Shown here piece by piece: positions 28,846-37,340 of a stretch of DNA of 64,000 bases (the stretch's first letter is position 1; each line of letters opens with the position of its first letter). This DNA comes from an uncultured delta proteobacterium (GTDB lineage Bacteria > Myxococcota_A > UBA9160 > SMWR01). The notes beneath the pieces are model-generated. The model was given only the letters and a program-made list of their open reading frames with translations. It had not been told where the DNA came from and ran no database searches. The translations under genes and the position numbers were made by a program. The stretch is from contig CAWHTE010000003.1 of assembly GCA_963832165.1 (NCBI GenBank), positions 704,001 through 768,000 of the forward strand, written 5' to 3'.

Positions 28846-30274
28846 CTATCGCCCCGGAACTGCGTAGCCCAGCGCGCGCAGCTGATCGAGCTGGATCTCG
28901 TCGATGTCGAGCTGCGGCGTGGGCTCGTTCCAGGGCGGCTTCTGCGCGAGGTATTGCTTCGCGCGCTCGCGCATGCGCTCGGCCACTTCCGGATCGGCCT
29001 CGGTCCGGTCCTCCAGTTCTTGCGCGTCGTGCCCGGCGTCGTAGAGCTCTTCGCGCGCTCCGCCGTCGGGTGCGCCGAACAGTAGATACCGGAAGCGGCC
29101 CTCACTCACCGCGACGTTCGGTGAGCGCGTCTCCACGCGCTGACCCCAGGTCTGATCGAGGTGAGCGATCGCGATGCCGTCCTCGGGGCCCGCCTCACCG
29201 CGCGCCGCCGCGAGGATCTCCGGCACGCGCGAGCGACCGTCCGTGTTCTCGATCGGCGGCAGGCCGAGCAGATCGAGCACGGTCGGCCACAGATCGACGT
29301 TGGCGGTGCGCTGGTGCACGACGGCCGGCGCTGCGAGTCGGAACGGCAGTCCGAACACGAGCGGCACCTCGGTGGTTTCCGGGTAGACGTTGCGCGCATG
29401 GCCTTCGTTGCCGCGCTCGCCGAACGCCTCGCCGTGATCGGACGCGACGATCAGCAGCGTGTGGTCGAGGTAGCCCCCGTAGTAGAGCTGGGCGAACAAC
29501 GCGTCGAGCACGCGATTCACGTGGAGCACCGCGTTGTCGTAGACGTCGGTGTACTGGGATCCGAACTGCGCGCTCTCGGGGTCGTACGTGTACTCGTGGA
29601 CGTCCATCAGGTGCAGGTAGAGAAACCAGCGCTCGCGGCCGTACACGCGCAGGAACTCCGACGCAGTCTCCACGACGTCCAGGTCGGTTCCGCGGTCGGT
29701 CGCCGTCGGATTCTGCACGGCGGACTTCGACCGGCAGGCCGTGGTAGTTCGGGCGCATGTAGACGTCGAAGCCCTGATCGAAGCCGAAATAGCTCTCCAC
29801 CCAGCCGTTGCGCCAGATCCCCGCGGTGCGGAAGCCCGCATCGCGGAACACCTCGGGCGCGGTCCTGGCCTGCTGTGAAATGACGTCATCGAAGCGCGTG
29901 ACGCCGCTGCGCTGCGGGTAGAGGCCGGTCCACAGCGAGGCCATCGAGCACTTCGTCCACGACGACTGGGAGAGGTGTCGACCGAACCGCACGCCCTGAG
30001 ACGCGAGCACGTCGAGGAAGGGGCTCGTGGGGCGGGCGTATCCGTACGTGCGCAGCCGACTCGCGCGCAGCGTATCGATCAGCACGAACAGGACGTTGAC
30101 ATCCTTGCGCTGCGAAAGTGCGACGATGTCGTCGGCGGATCCGAGTGGGCGCGGGTCGACGATGCGCTCGCCCGGCTGACTCCAGCGGAACAGCGCGAAC
30201 GCTGCGAGCAGCGCCGCGCCGATCACCCAGGGCCACGGACCTCGCCAGAACGAGAGGGTCGGGAGCCGATTCAC
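28846..30274 (-). pseudogene. Membrane-anchored sulfatase-like hydrolase/transferase with one apparent +1 frameshift (~29716)
   Basis: N-terminal TM, NVLFVLIDTLRA, SSWTKCSMASLWTG and GFDQGFD. After the shift: YLHLMDVH, ASDHGEAFGE, VDLWPTVL and LRALGY. Confidence 0.8.
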
Positions 30275-30321
30275 GGCGCACGACTCTATCACGCGGTCCG
30301 AGGTGGGTATACTCGGCCGCC

Positions 30322-32652
30322 GTGCTCGAGCTCACGCGCCGTCGATTCACCCTCGCGCAGGTCCTCGCTCTCGTTATTTCGCTCGTCGCCGTCGGCTGCG
30401 GCCCTTCGGATCCGCTCGAGAAGGTGCGCGCGCTCCAGGACGAGAAGGGCGACTACCAGGGCTCGGTCGAGCTGCTCCGCGAATTGATCGAGACCCGCCC
30501 CGACGATCCCGAAGTGCACTACCGCTACGGCCGCGCCCTGATCGCCACGAGCAACATGGGTCTCGCGGTGTGGTCGCTCAAGAAGGCGATCGAGTCGCCG
30601 GACTGGCTCGAGAGAGCCGGCCTTGCGCTGGCGGCAGCTCTGAACTCGCAGGGTGCCTACGACGAGGCAGCGGCGGTCTGCACGCGCGTCCTCGAGCAGA
30701 AGCCGGACCACATCCAGGCGCTAATGCTGCGTGCCGCGGCTCGCATGGAGAGCCGCCGCGACTATGTGTCGGTGCTCGCCGATGCGGATCGCGTGCTGGA
30801 GCTCCAGCCGGACAACCAGGAGGCATTGGGCTCCCGTGTCGTGGCGCTGCTGGGCCTCGAGCGCGTCGACGAGGCTGCGGCCGCGCTCGAGGCGTTCGAA
30901 GCGTTCTACCGCGACCAGAGCCTCGACCTTCACGGCTCGCCCGTGCTCTGCATGGCGCGCGCCACGTTCGCGAAGGAGAAGGCGGACCTGGCGGCCAATC
31001 GGAGGGCAGAGCGGGAGGCAGATCCGAAAGCGAAGCTCACACCCGCGGAGAAGGCGGAGCTCGAGAACGAACAGAAGGAGCAGCTGGCGCTGGCCGAACA
31101 GCGCTACGAGGCGTGCCTCGAGCAGTTTCCGTCCGAAGCGCTCGTGGTGTATGGCGTGACCGACTTCTTCGACGCGTCCGGCCGCTCCGAGCGCTCCGAC
31201 GCAGTCCTCGCACGCGTGCTCGAGGTCGCGCCCGAGGGTGCTTCGTACCGGTTGACGCTGGCACTGCGGCTCGCCGCTCGAGGACGGATCGACGAGGCCG
31301 AGAGCCTGCTGCGCAAGGGCACCGAAGTGGCGTCGCCGGCCGATGCGGCCGAAGCCTGGGCGGTCGTCGCCTCGTTCAACGTGGATCACGGCGACTTCGA
31401 CGAGGCGATCGAGGCGTTCGCGCAGGTGCGTCAACTGGTGGACCTCGCGGAGAATCCAGAGCTCCTGCTCGCATACGCCGATGTGCTCGTGATCGCGAAG
31501 CGCTTCGGCGAGGCGGAGCAGCTCGTCGATCTGATGAAGGTGCCCGCGCATCAGTCGCTCGTGCGCGCGCGGATCGCGCTCGAGCGCGGCGATCCGGCCA
31601 CGGCGCTTCGGCTCTTCGACGAGGGCATGCGCCTGTGGCCCAACAATGCGCAGTCGCGCTACTACGCGGCGGTCGCGGCCGAGCAGCTCGGTGATTTCGA
31701 GCGCGCCATCGAAGAGTATCGCTACGCGATGCGGGTCGATGTGACCGCGACGGATGCGTATCTCCGGCAGGCGCGCCTGCAGGCGGCGTCGGGCGCCTAC
31801 GCAGCGGCGATCGACACGTTGGAGTTCCAGCCCGGAGGCCGGCCGGAGGAGGTGGCCGCCGGCCTGTTCGAGATGCGCATCCGCGCGCGCGCAGGACTGG
31901 AGGGAGGGTCGCCACCCTGGCTTCGCGCGATGCTCGCGCAGCCGGAGCACCGCGGGGCGGCGGTGGCGGCGGTCGGAGAAGGTGTGCGCGAGCGCAGCGG
32001 ATCCAAGGCGGCGCTCGCGGCGATGAAAGCCGCGCAGCCGCTCGATCTGAGCGATCCGATCCACGTCGAAGCGTTGGCCGCGTTCGTCGAAGACCTGGCC
32101 GCGACGGGAAGATCCGCGCAAGGCCTCGCACTCGTCGATACGGGCTTGCGCAAGCACCCCGACACCGCTGCGTTCCTCGCGCTGCGCGGCCGCGCGCTCC
32201 AGCTCTCGGGGGCTCCCGTCGCCGCTGCGCGCGAGTCCTTCGAGCGCGCGCTCGCGCTGGCAGCGGACGATCGGATCGCACTCGTGGGATTGGCGCGCCT
32301 CGAGGCGCAGCATGGCTCGAAAGACGCAGCGCTCGCGCTCTACGACCGCGCAGTCGCTGCGGACCGGAACGATCGCACGGCCGCGCGCGAGTCCGCTTCG
32401 CTGCTCGAAGCGTCGGGTCGGTCGGGCGAGGCAGAAGAGCGGCTCACGGCGCTGCTGCGAAACCACCCGTACGACGCAGCCGCAGCGCGCGCGCTCGCGG
32501 AGCTTCGTCTCGAACGCGGCGCAGCGGACGAACGGACGCTCGAGCTCGCGAAGCGCGCGGTCGCGTTCGGAGGCGGCGCCGAGGCGGAGGCACTCGTCGA
32601 GCGCATCCAGTCGCGCGCCGACGAATCCGATTCGAGCGCGGCGCGCGGCTAG
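30322..32652 (+). CDS. Tetratricopeptide-repeat protein, probable lipoprotein (PrsT-like architecture)
   Basis: Basic-hydrophobic leader ending VAVGC. Many TPR helices (PDDPEVHYRYG, PDHIQALMLRA, PNNAQSRYYAA, PDTAAFLALRG). Confidence 0.8.
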   Translation: MLELTRRRFTLAQVLALVISLVAVGCGPSDPLEKVRALQDEKGDYQGSVELLRELIETRPDDPEVHYRYGRALIATSNMGLAVWSLKKAIESPDWLERAGLALAAALNSQGAYDEAAAVCTRVLEQKPDHIQALMLRAAARMESRRDYVSVLADADRVLELQPDNQEALGSRVVALLGLERVDEAAAALEAFEAFYRDQSLDLHGSPVLCMARATFAKEKADLAANRRAEREADPKAKLTPAEKAELENEQKEQLALAEQRYEACLEQFPSEALVVYGVTDFFDASGRSERSDAVLARVLEVAPEGASYRLTLALRLAARGRIDEAESLLRKGTEVASPADAAEAWAVVASFNVDHGDFDEAIEAFAQVRQLVDLAENPELLLAYADVLVIAKRFGEAEQLVDLMKVPAHQSLVRARIALERGDPATALRLFDEGMRLWPNNAQSRYYAAVAAEQLGDFERAIEEYRYAMRVDVTATDAYLRQARLQAASGAYAAAIDTLEFQPGGRPEEVAAGLFEMRIRARAGLEGGSPPWLRAMLAQPEHRGAAVAAVGEGVRERSGSKAALAAMKAAQPLDLSDPIHVEALAAFVEDLAATGRSAQGLALVDTGLRKHPDTAAFLALRGRALQLSGAPVAAARESFERALALAADDRIALVGLARLEAQHGSKDAALALYDRAVAADRNDRTAARESASLLEASGRSGEAEERLTALLRNHPYDAAAARALAELRLERGAADERTLELAKRAVAFGGGAEAEALVERIQSRADESDSSAARG

Positions 32653-32672
32653 CTCTTCCAGGGAGGTCGACG

Positions 32673-33896
32673 CTAGTTCGGCGCGGCACCCGTCGGCGGC
32701 ATGAGCTTGGCTCGCTCCCGCACGCGGTGCGCTGGATCATCGCTCGAGGAGACGGCGCGCACGCGCTCCGGGACGCCGGGCTGCGCGAGCCACGCCAGTG
32801 CCGCCGCGCGATCCTTCTGGAACCACCGCTGGCCGATCACGATCATGGTGGCCTCGGAGAGCGCCGGATTGCTGATGCGCTGCGCCAGCTCGATCGCCTC
32901 CTTCGGGCGCTCGTCCGAGATCGCGCGCGCGTAGAGCGCCAGCGCGGGCTCGTTCCAGGGCGCCGGCTCCGTCGCTTCGGTCCATGCGAAGGCGGCCTCG
33001 CGGTCGTAGCTCAACCAGTCGCGATACGACTCGGCGACACCGTCGAAGCGATCCGCTCCCGCCGGCAGCGTCGCCAGCCAGGCCATCGCAGCCTTCGGAT
33101 CGTGAACGACCCAGCGCGTCCCGATTCGACGCGGAAAGTTCGATAGCCGATCGTCGGATCGGACCCGAGGCGTGGCCCACGCTGCGGCGAGCGGAGCGCC
33201 CTCGGCGAGCTCGGCGGCCGAGCTCGCGACGCGTTCGCCGATCACCTGCTGGAGTCTCGGCCTGGCACCGAGCGATTCGACCCAGCGCAATGCTTCGGCG
33301 GGGCCCATCGCCACGACGCGCCTGCGCGCGAGGCCCTCGCACAGGCGCTGCAGGTCGCGATCCGGAAACTGCGCGAGGAATTCGAGCAGACCCGGTTTCC
33401 CGGATTCATCCCATCCCTCCACGGCTGCGTCGACGGCGACTTCGTTGTGCAGGTGATAGGCGAGCCCACGCGCCGTGCCGAGCGATTTCACGGGATCGCT
33501 GTGTGCCCACGTGCGAAAGATCGCCGCGATCGCGGTGCCGGTGCGCGCGCGCCCGTCGGACGTGGTCCATGCGAGGGCGGCTAGCGGGTCGAAGCGCGCC
33601 CACCAGAGCGCGAGCACGACGACCTCCGGATCACCGCCATCTGCGCGCGCTGCCGCGAACGCCTCGCCCAGCGACTTCGCTGCGGTGGCGTCCAGCCTCG
33701 ACAAGAGCGCGCTGAGCTCCTTGACCCGCACCAGCGCATCCTTGCCGCGCAGGATCTCTTCCACGCGCGGCCCGATCTGCGCGTCGGAGGGCACGCGATC
33801 GCTGCGCAGAGTGAGGAATGCGATTCCAGAGCCGAGCACACCTCCGAGCGCGAGGGCGCACGCGAGAGCGACCGCCGTCGGGAACCGCTGTGACAT
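32673..33896 (-). CDS. Membrane-anchored all-helical repeat protein (W..DPxAAxxW repeats)
   Basis: N-terminal hydrophobic segment. Repeats WARFDPLAALAW, WVVHDPKAAMAW, WLSYDREAAFAW and WFQKDRAAALAW. Confidence 0.7.
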   Translation of the reverse strand: MSQRFPTAVALACALALGGVLGSGIAFLTLRSDRVPSDAQIGPRVEEILRGKDALVRVKELSALLSRLDATAAKSLGEAFAAARADGGDPEVVVLALWWARFDPLAALAWTTSDGRARTGTAIAAIFRTWAHSDPVKSLGTARGLAYHLHNEVAVDAAVEGWDESGKPGLLEFLAQFPDRDLQRLCEGLARRRVVAMGPAEALRWVESLGARPRLQQVIGERVASSAAELAEGAPLAAAWATPRVRSDDRLSNFPRRIGTRWVVHDPKAAMAWLATLPAGADRFDGVAESYRDWLSYDREAAFAWTEATEPAPWNEPALALYARAISDERPKEAIELAQRISNPALSEATMIVIGQRWFQKDRAAALAWLAQPGVPERVRAVSSSDDPAHRVRERAKLMPPTGAAPN

Positions 33897-33941
33897 GGCG
33901 CCGGATACTACTGGTGACCCCACCGCCAGCAAGATTTGCTG

Positions 33942-34002
33942 CCAATGGGAAACCGACTACTCCAAATAGGAAACGAAGTTCTCAAATAGGGAATCGAACT
34001 TT
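33942..34002. repeat. Three imperfect ~20 bp direct repeats (consensus CAAATRGGRAAnCGA), candidate activator sites
   Basis: ccaatgggaaaccgactact / ccaaataggaaacgaagttc / tcaaatagggaatcgaactt. Confidence 0.6.
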
Positions 34003-34047
34003 CCAGACGGTCGCGTGGCGGGCCGACAGAGGTAAAAACGCGTGTAA

Positions 34048-34060
34048 TATCAATTGCTTA
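34048..34060 (+). promoter_or_regulatory. IHF binding site
   Basis: TATCAATTGCTTA is an exact WATCAANNNNTTR match, with an upstream A-tract at 34034-34038. Confidence 0.7.
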
Positions 34061-34083
34061 TAGATTGGCTCGGCGAGTCGCAG

Positions 34084-34100
34084 TAGGCACGTTTCTTGCT
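34084..34100 (+). promoter_or_regulatory. Sigma-54 (-24/-12) promoter
   Basis: TAGGCACGTTTCTTGCT has GG(34086-87)-N10-GC(34098-99), close to the TGGCACG-N4-TTGCW consensus. Confidence 0.8.
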
Positions 34101-34142
34101 GCGTTTTTGGCGCAAAACGCGGACCACGCGAGAGGAAATCTC

Positions 34143-35519
34143 ATGAAAGCGATCCGGTCCTTTCACTCGTTCGCCGTGTGCATCGCGCTCCTGCTGGTGG
34201 CGGCCTCGGCCTCGGCGCAGAACTACTACACCTTCGTCGGCAGGGTCACGACCAACCGCGGGCGCAATGCCAACGTCCCCATGGCCGGGAACACGAACTG
34301 CGGGTCGCTCACGGTCAAGACCGGCCCGGTGAAGAGCGGCCTCATGGACGTGAAGGTCGCCCGGGGCGTCAACACCCAGCCGCCCGGGGCCGTGACGGGC
34401 ATGTTCAACTGGAAGGCCGGGAAGGACATGGGATGCGTGAAGAACGTCCTCCCGCTGAAGACGACGGGCATGGGCATCGCCGTCGGAGCCGGCTTCACGC
34501 TGCTGCCGAAGGCGTTCTCTCTTCCGTACCCGCACGTCCGCGCGCCCGGCCACTACATGCTCAAGACCGATGTTCCCGTGGTCGAGATCAAGAACTTCGC
34601 ACCCGCCGTCCAGCTCGCGACGAGCGTGCATGCGACCGCTGCGCCGGCGGTGCGCGCCCACTACGGCGGAACGATGTTTCCCGCCAAGGCCGCAGCCCCG
34701 TTCCGCAAGTTCAAGGCCGGAGCGTGGGCGAGTCATACCGGTCGGGCGGCTGCGAAGTTCAGCTGGTGCCCGCCGCCGCTCGCTTCGCTGAGCAAGGGAG
34801 GCGTCGTCGGGTGCCTGAACCAGAACCAGGGCGGATTCCCGGCGATCATCAACTACACCGGCGGAGGCAACGCCTTCGGCGGCACGATGAGCCTCGTCAC
34901 CCACCAGGTGGCGGGTGTGGGCAGCCTCGCGCTCTTCCTGGGCGGGCCCTTCGCCTTCAACAACTTCGGGGGCGGAGAATCGCTGGGAACCGGCCGCGGC
35001 TATGCGGACTACAACCACATCGTGCTGCCGAGCGGCGACATCCACGCGGCCGGCGCGATCGCGCCTCGGTACATCGGCCCGGTCCTCGGCACACAGAACG
35101 TGATCAAGAGCGTCGCCCCCACCAAGCAAGGAATGTGGCCGGGCGGTGACGTCTACGACTGGGGCTTCCCGTGGACGACGATGACGGTGGTGGTGCGCGC
35201 CCAGAACGTGGCGGGCACGCGGAAGTCGACGTTCACGGCCAAGGGATGGGACTGCGCCGGCACCATGCAGGGCCCGGCTTGCAGCATCGTGCCGACCAAA
35301 GGGCTTCCGAAGGCGGGCGTGGTGAACCGGAACATCTCGCTCGTGTCCGGCTCCATCGGCATCGCGCGACTGCCTCCGCCGTTCGGTGACTCCCCGATCG
35401 CGAACATGGGCAACATGCAGCTGCTGGTCATGCCGGAGCCCGGTGCGACGCTGCAGCTGCTGGCAGGCGCAGCGGGCCTGCTCGGCATGGCGGTCTGGCG
35501 CTCGCGCCGCGTCCGCTAG
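34143..35519 (+). CDS. PEP-CTERM sorting-domain surface protein, Gly/Ala/Pro/Lys-rich
   Basis: GAGAGG RBS. Signal peptide ..AASASA|QN. C-terminus MPEP-GATLQLLAGAAGLLGMAVW-RSRRVR (PEP, TM helix, basic tail). Confidence 0.88.
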   Translation: MKAIRSFHSFAVCIALLLVAASASAQNYYTFVGRVTTNRGRNANVPMAGNTNCGSLTVKTGPVKSGLMDVKVARGVNTQPPGAVTGMFNWKAGKDMGCVKNVLPLKTTGMGIAVGAGFTLLPKAFSLPYPHVRAPGHYMLKTDVPVVEIKNFAPAVQLATSVHATAAPAVRAHYGGTMFPAKAAAPFRKFKAGAWASHTGRAAAKFSWCPPPLASLSKGGVVGCLNQNQGGFPAIINYTGGGNAFGGTMSLVTHQVAGVGSLALFLGGPFAFNNFGGGESLGTGRGYADYNHIVLPSGDIHAAGAIAPRYIGPVLGTQNVIKSVAPTKQGMWPGGDVYDWGFPWTTMTVVVRAQNVAGTRKSTFTAKGWDCAGTMQGPACSIVPTKGLPKAGVVNRNISLVSGSIGIARLPPPFGDSPIANMGNMQLLVMPEPGATLQLLAGAAGLLGMAVWRSRRVR

Positions 35520-35542
35520 TCGGGGATCTTCGAGCTCGATCC

Positions 35543-35578
35543 AGCCGGGCCGCCCTGTCGGGCGGCCCGGTTCTGTTT
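35543..35578 (+). terminator. Rho-independent terminator
   Basis: 11-bp perfect stem CCGGGCCGCCC-TGTC-GGGCGGCCCGG followed by TTCTGTTT, between convergent genes. Confidence 0.8.
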
Positions 35579-36564
35579 CAACCCGTGCGAAGCGCGACGT
35601 CGATGACCACCTTCCCGATGGCGTGGCCATCCGCCACGTAGCGCAGGGCTGCGGCCGCATCCGCGAGATCGAAAGCGGCGCCGATGTGGGGCAGGGCCCG
35701 GTGCGAGGCGAGCAGGTCCAGCAGCTCGCGCTGGTTGCGCTGCAACTCTGCCGGTGCCCGCGCGACGAAGCCGCGCATTTCGAAGCCGACGATCTGGATG
35801 CCCTTGAGCAGCACCAGATTGAGCGGGATGCGCGGGATCACGCCCGACGCGTAGCCCACGGTGATGAAGCGGCCGCCCCAGCGCAGCGACCGGAGCGCGG
35901 GTTCGGCGAGATCACCGCCGACGGGATCGACGACGACGTCGGCACCCGCAGGCAGCGCCTTGCGCAGCGCCTCGCGCAGGTCGCCCGCTTTGTGGTCTAC
36001 GAGCATGCGGGCTCCGCAGGTCTTGGCCACCTCGAGCTTCTCGGCCGACGAGGCGACGGCCGTCACCGACGCACCGAGCACAGCACCGAGCTGCACCGCG
36101 GCCAGACCGACTCCTCCGCCCGCGCCGAGGACGATGAGCTCCTCTCCCGCCTCGAGTCGCGCCACCGACCGGAGCAGGTTGTACGCCGTCCCGTGGGCGA
36201 CGCCGAACGCCGCGGCGTGGCGCGCCTCGACGCCAGCGGGAATCGGTGTGAGCGACGCCGCGTGCACGACGACCTCCTCGGCGAAAGCTCCGACCATCGT
36301 GGTTCCGAACACGCGATCACCGACGGCGGGACGCGCGACATCGCCGGCCACCTCGACGACGACGCCCGCGAACTCGCTACCGGGGACGAATGGGGGAGCG
36401 ACGCTCATCTGATACTGATTCGCGACCAGCAGCACGTCGGGGAAGTTGACGGCCGCAGCCTCCACGCGGACTCGCGCCTGTCCCGGACCGAGCGGCGGCA
36501 GCGAGAAGTCCTCGACGCGTACCACCTCGGGCGGGCCGTACTCGCGACAGACGGCAGCGCGCAT
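35578..36564 (-). CDS. NADPH:quinone oxidoreductase family (zinc-independent MDR)
   Basis: Motifs VNFPDVL, PPFVPGSEFAG, GAGGGVG and GKVVI. Confidence 0.9.
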   Translation of the reverse strand: MRAAVCREYGPPEVVRVEDFSLPPLGPGQARVRVEAAAVNFPDVLLVANQYQMSVAPPFVPGSEFAGVVVEVAGDVARPAVGDRVFGTTMVGAFAEEVVVHAASLTPIPAGVEARHAAAFGVAHGTAYNLLRSVARLEAGEELIVLGAGGGVGLAAVQLGAVLGASVTAVASSAEKLEVAKTCGARMLVDHKAGDLREALRKALPAGADVVVDPVGGDLAEPALRSLRWGGRFITVGYASGVIPRIPLNLVLLKGIQIVGFEMRGFVARAPAELQRNQRELLDLLASHRALPHIGAAFDLADAAAALRYVADGHAIGKVVIDVALRTG

Positions 36565-36569
36565 GCGAT

Positions 36570-37340
36570 CTATCGGCCGCGCCAGATCGGCGGCCGCTTC
36601 TCGACGAACGCCGTCGCGCCTTCCTTCGCATCTTCGCTGCCGAAGATCTTCGGCTGCAGCTCGACCGCCCGTTTCTGCGCGCGCTCGAAATCGACGAGCG
36701 CCAGGCGCGCGAGCTCCTTGGTGGCCGCCAGCGCGAGCGGGCCGTTGGCTGCGATCCGCTCGGCGAACGTCATCGCGGCATCGAGCACGGCGTCGGGCGC
36801 CACCACCTGGTTGACGAGCCCCAGCTCGAGCGCGCGCGCGGCGTCGATCGGGTCGCCCGTCAGCAGGAGCTCCATCGCGAGCGCGAGCGGGATCCGCGTG
36901 GCGAGGAAGGTTCCGTTGCCGGCCGCAAACAGGCCGCGCTTGACCTCGGGCAAGCCGAACTTCGCCAGCGAAGAGGCGACGATCACGTCGCACGCGAGCA
37001 GCAGCTCGAAGCCACCCGCGAGCGCCGTCGCGTTCGCGGCGCCGATCACGGGAACCGCGACCTGGCCCTGCATCAGGCGCTGGAAGGAAGCCATCGCGCC
37101 GCTGTCGACGGCGATGCGCTCGCCGCTCGCGAACCCGCGCAGGTCCATGCCCGCGCAGAATGCCCGGTCGCCCGTGCCCGTGAGCACGATGGCCCGGATC
37201 TCCGGATCGGCCTCGACCTCGTCGACCATCCTTCCCAGACCGCCCAGCAGCGCGGGGTTGAGCGCGTTGCGCGCCTCGGGCCGATTCAGCCGGACGATCA
37301 GGACGTGGCCGCGCCGCTCGCGTACGAGCTCGTCGCTCAC
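36570..37340 (-). CDS. Enoyl-CoA hydratase / crotonase family
   Basis: Motifs LNRPEARNAL, FCAGMDL, GGFELLLACD and FGLPEVKRG (both Glu present). Confidence 0.92.
   Translation of the reverse strand: MSDELVRERRGHVLIVRLNRPEARNALNPALLGGLGRMVDEVEADPEIRAIVLTGTGDRAFCAGMDLRGFASGERIAVDSGAMASFQRLMQGQVAVPVIGAANATALAGGFELLLACDVIVASSLAKFGLPEVKRGLFAAGNGTFLATRIPLALAMELLLTGDPIDAARALELGLVNQVVAPDAVLDAAMTFAERIAANGPLALAATKELARLALVDFERAQKRAVELQPKIFGSEDAKEGATAFVEKRPPIWRGR

Noticed and set aside
33928..33944. Second sigma-54 promoter on the minus strand (TGGCAGCAAATCTTGCT) for the helical-repeat gene
   Set aside because: GG-to-GC spacing is 11 bp, not the required 10.
33942..34002. Triple repeat as a mini CRISPR array or iterons
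   Set aside because: The units are contiguous and degenerate with no spacers, and no cas or rep gene is present.
25037..35578. Envelope island as a mobile element
   Set aside because: No integrase, transposase, tRNA or flanking direct repeats were found.
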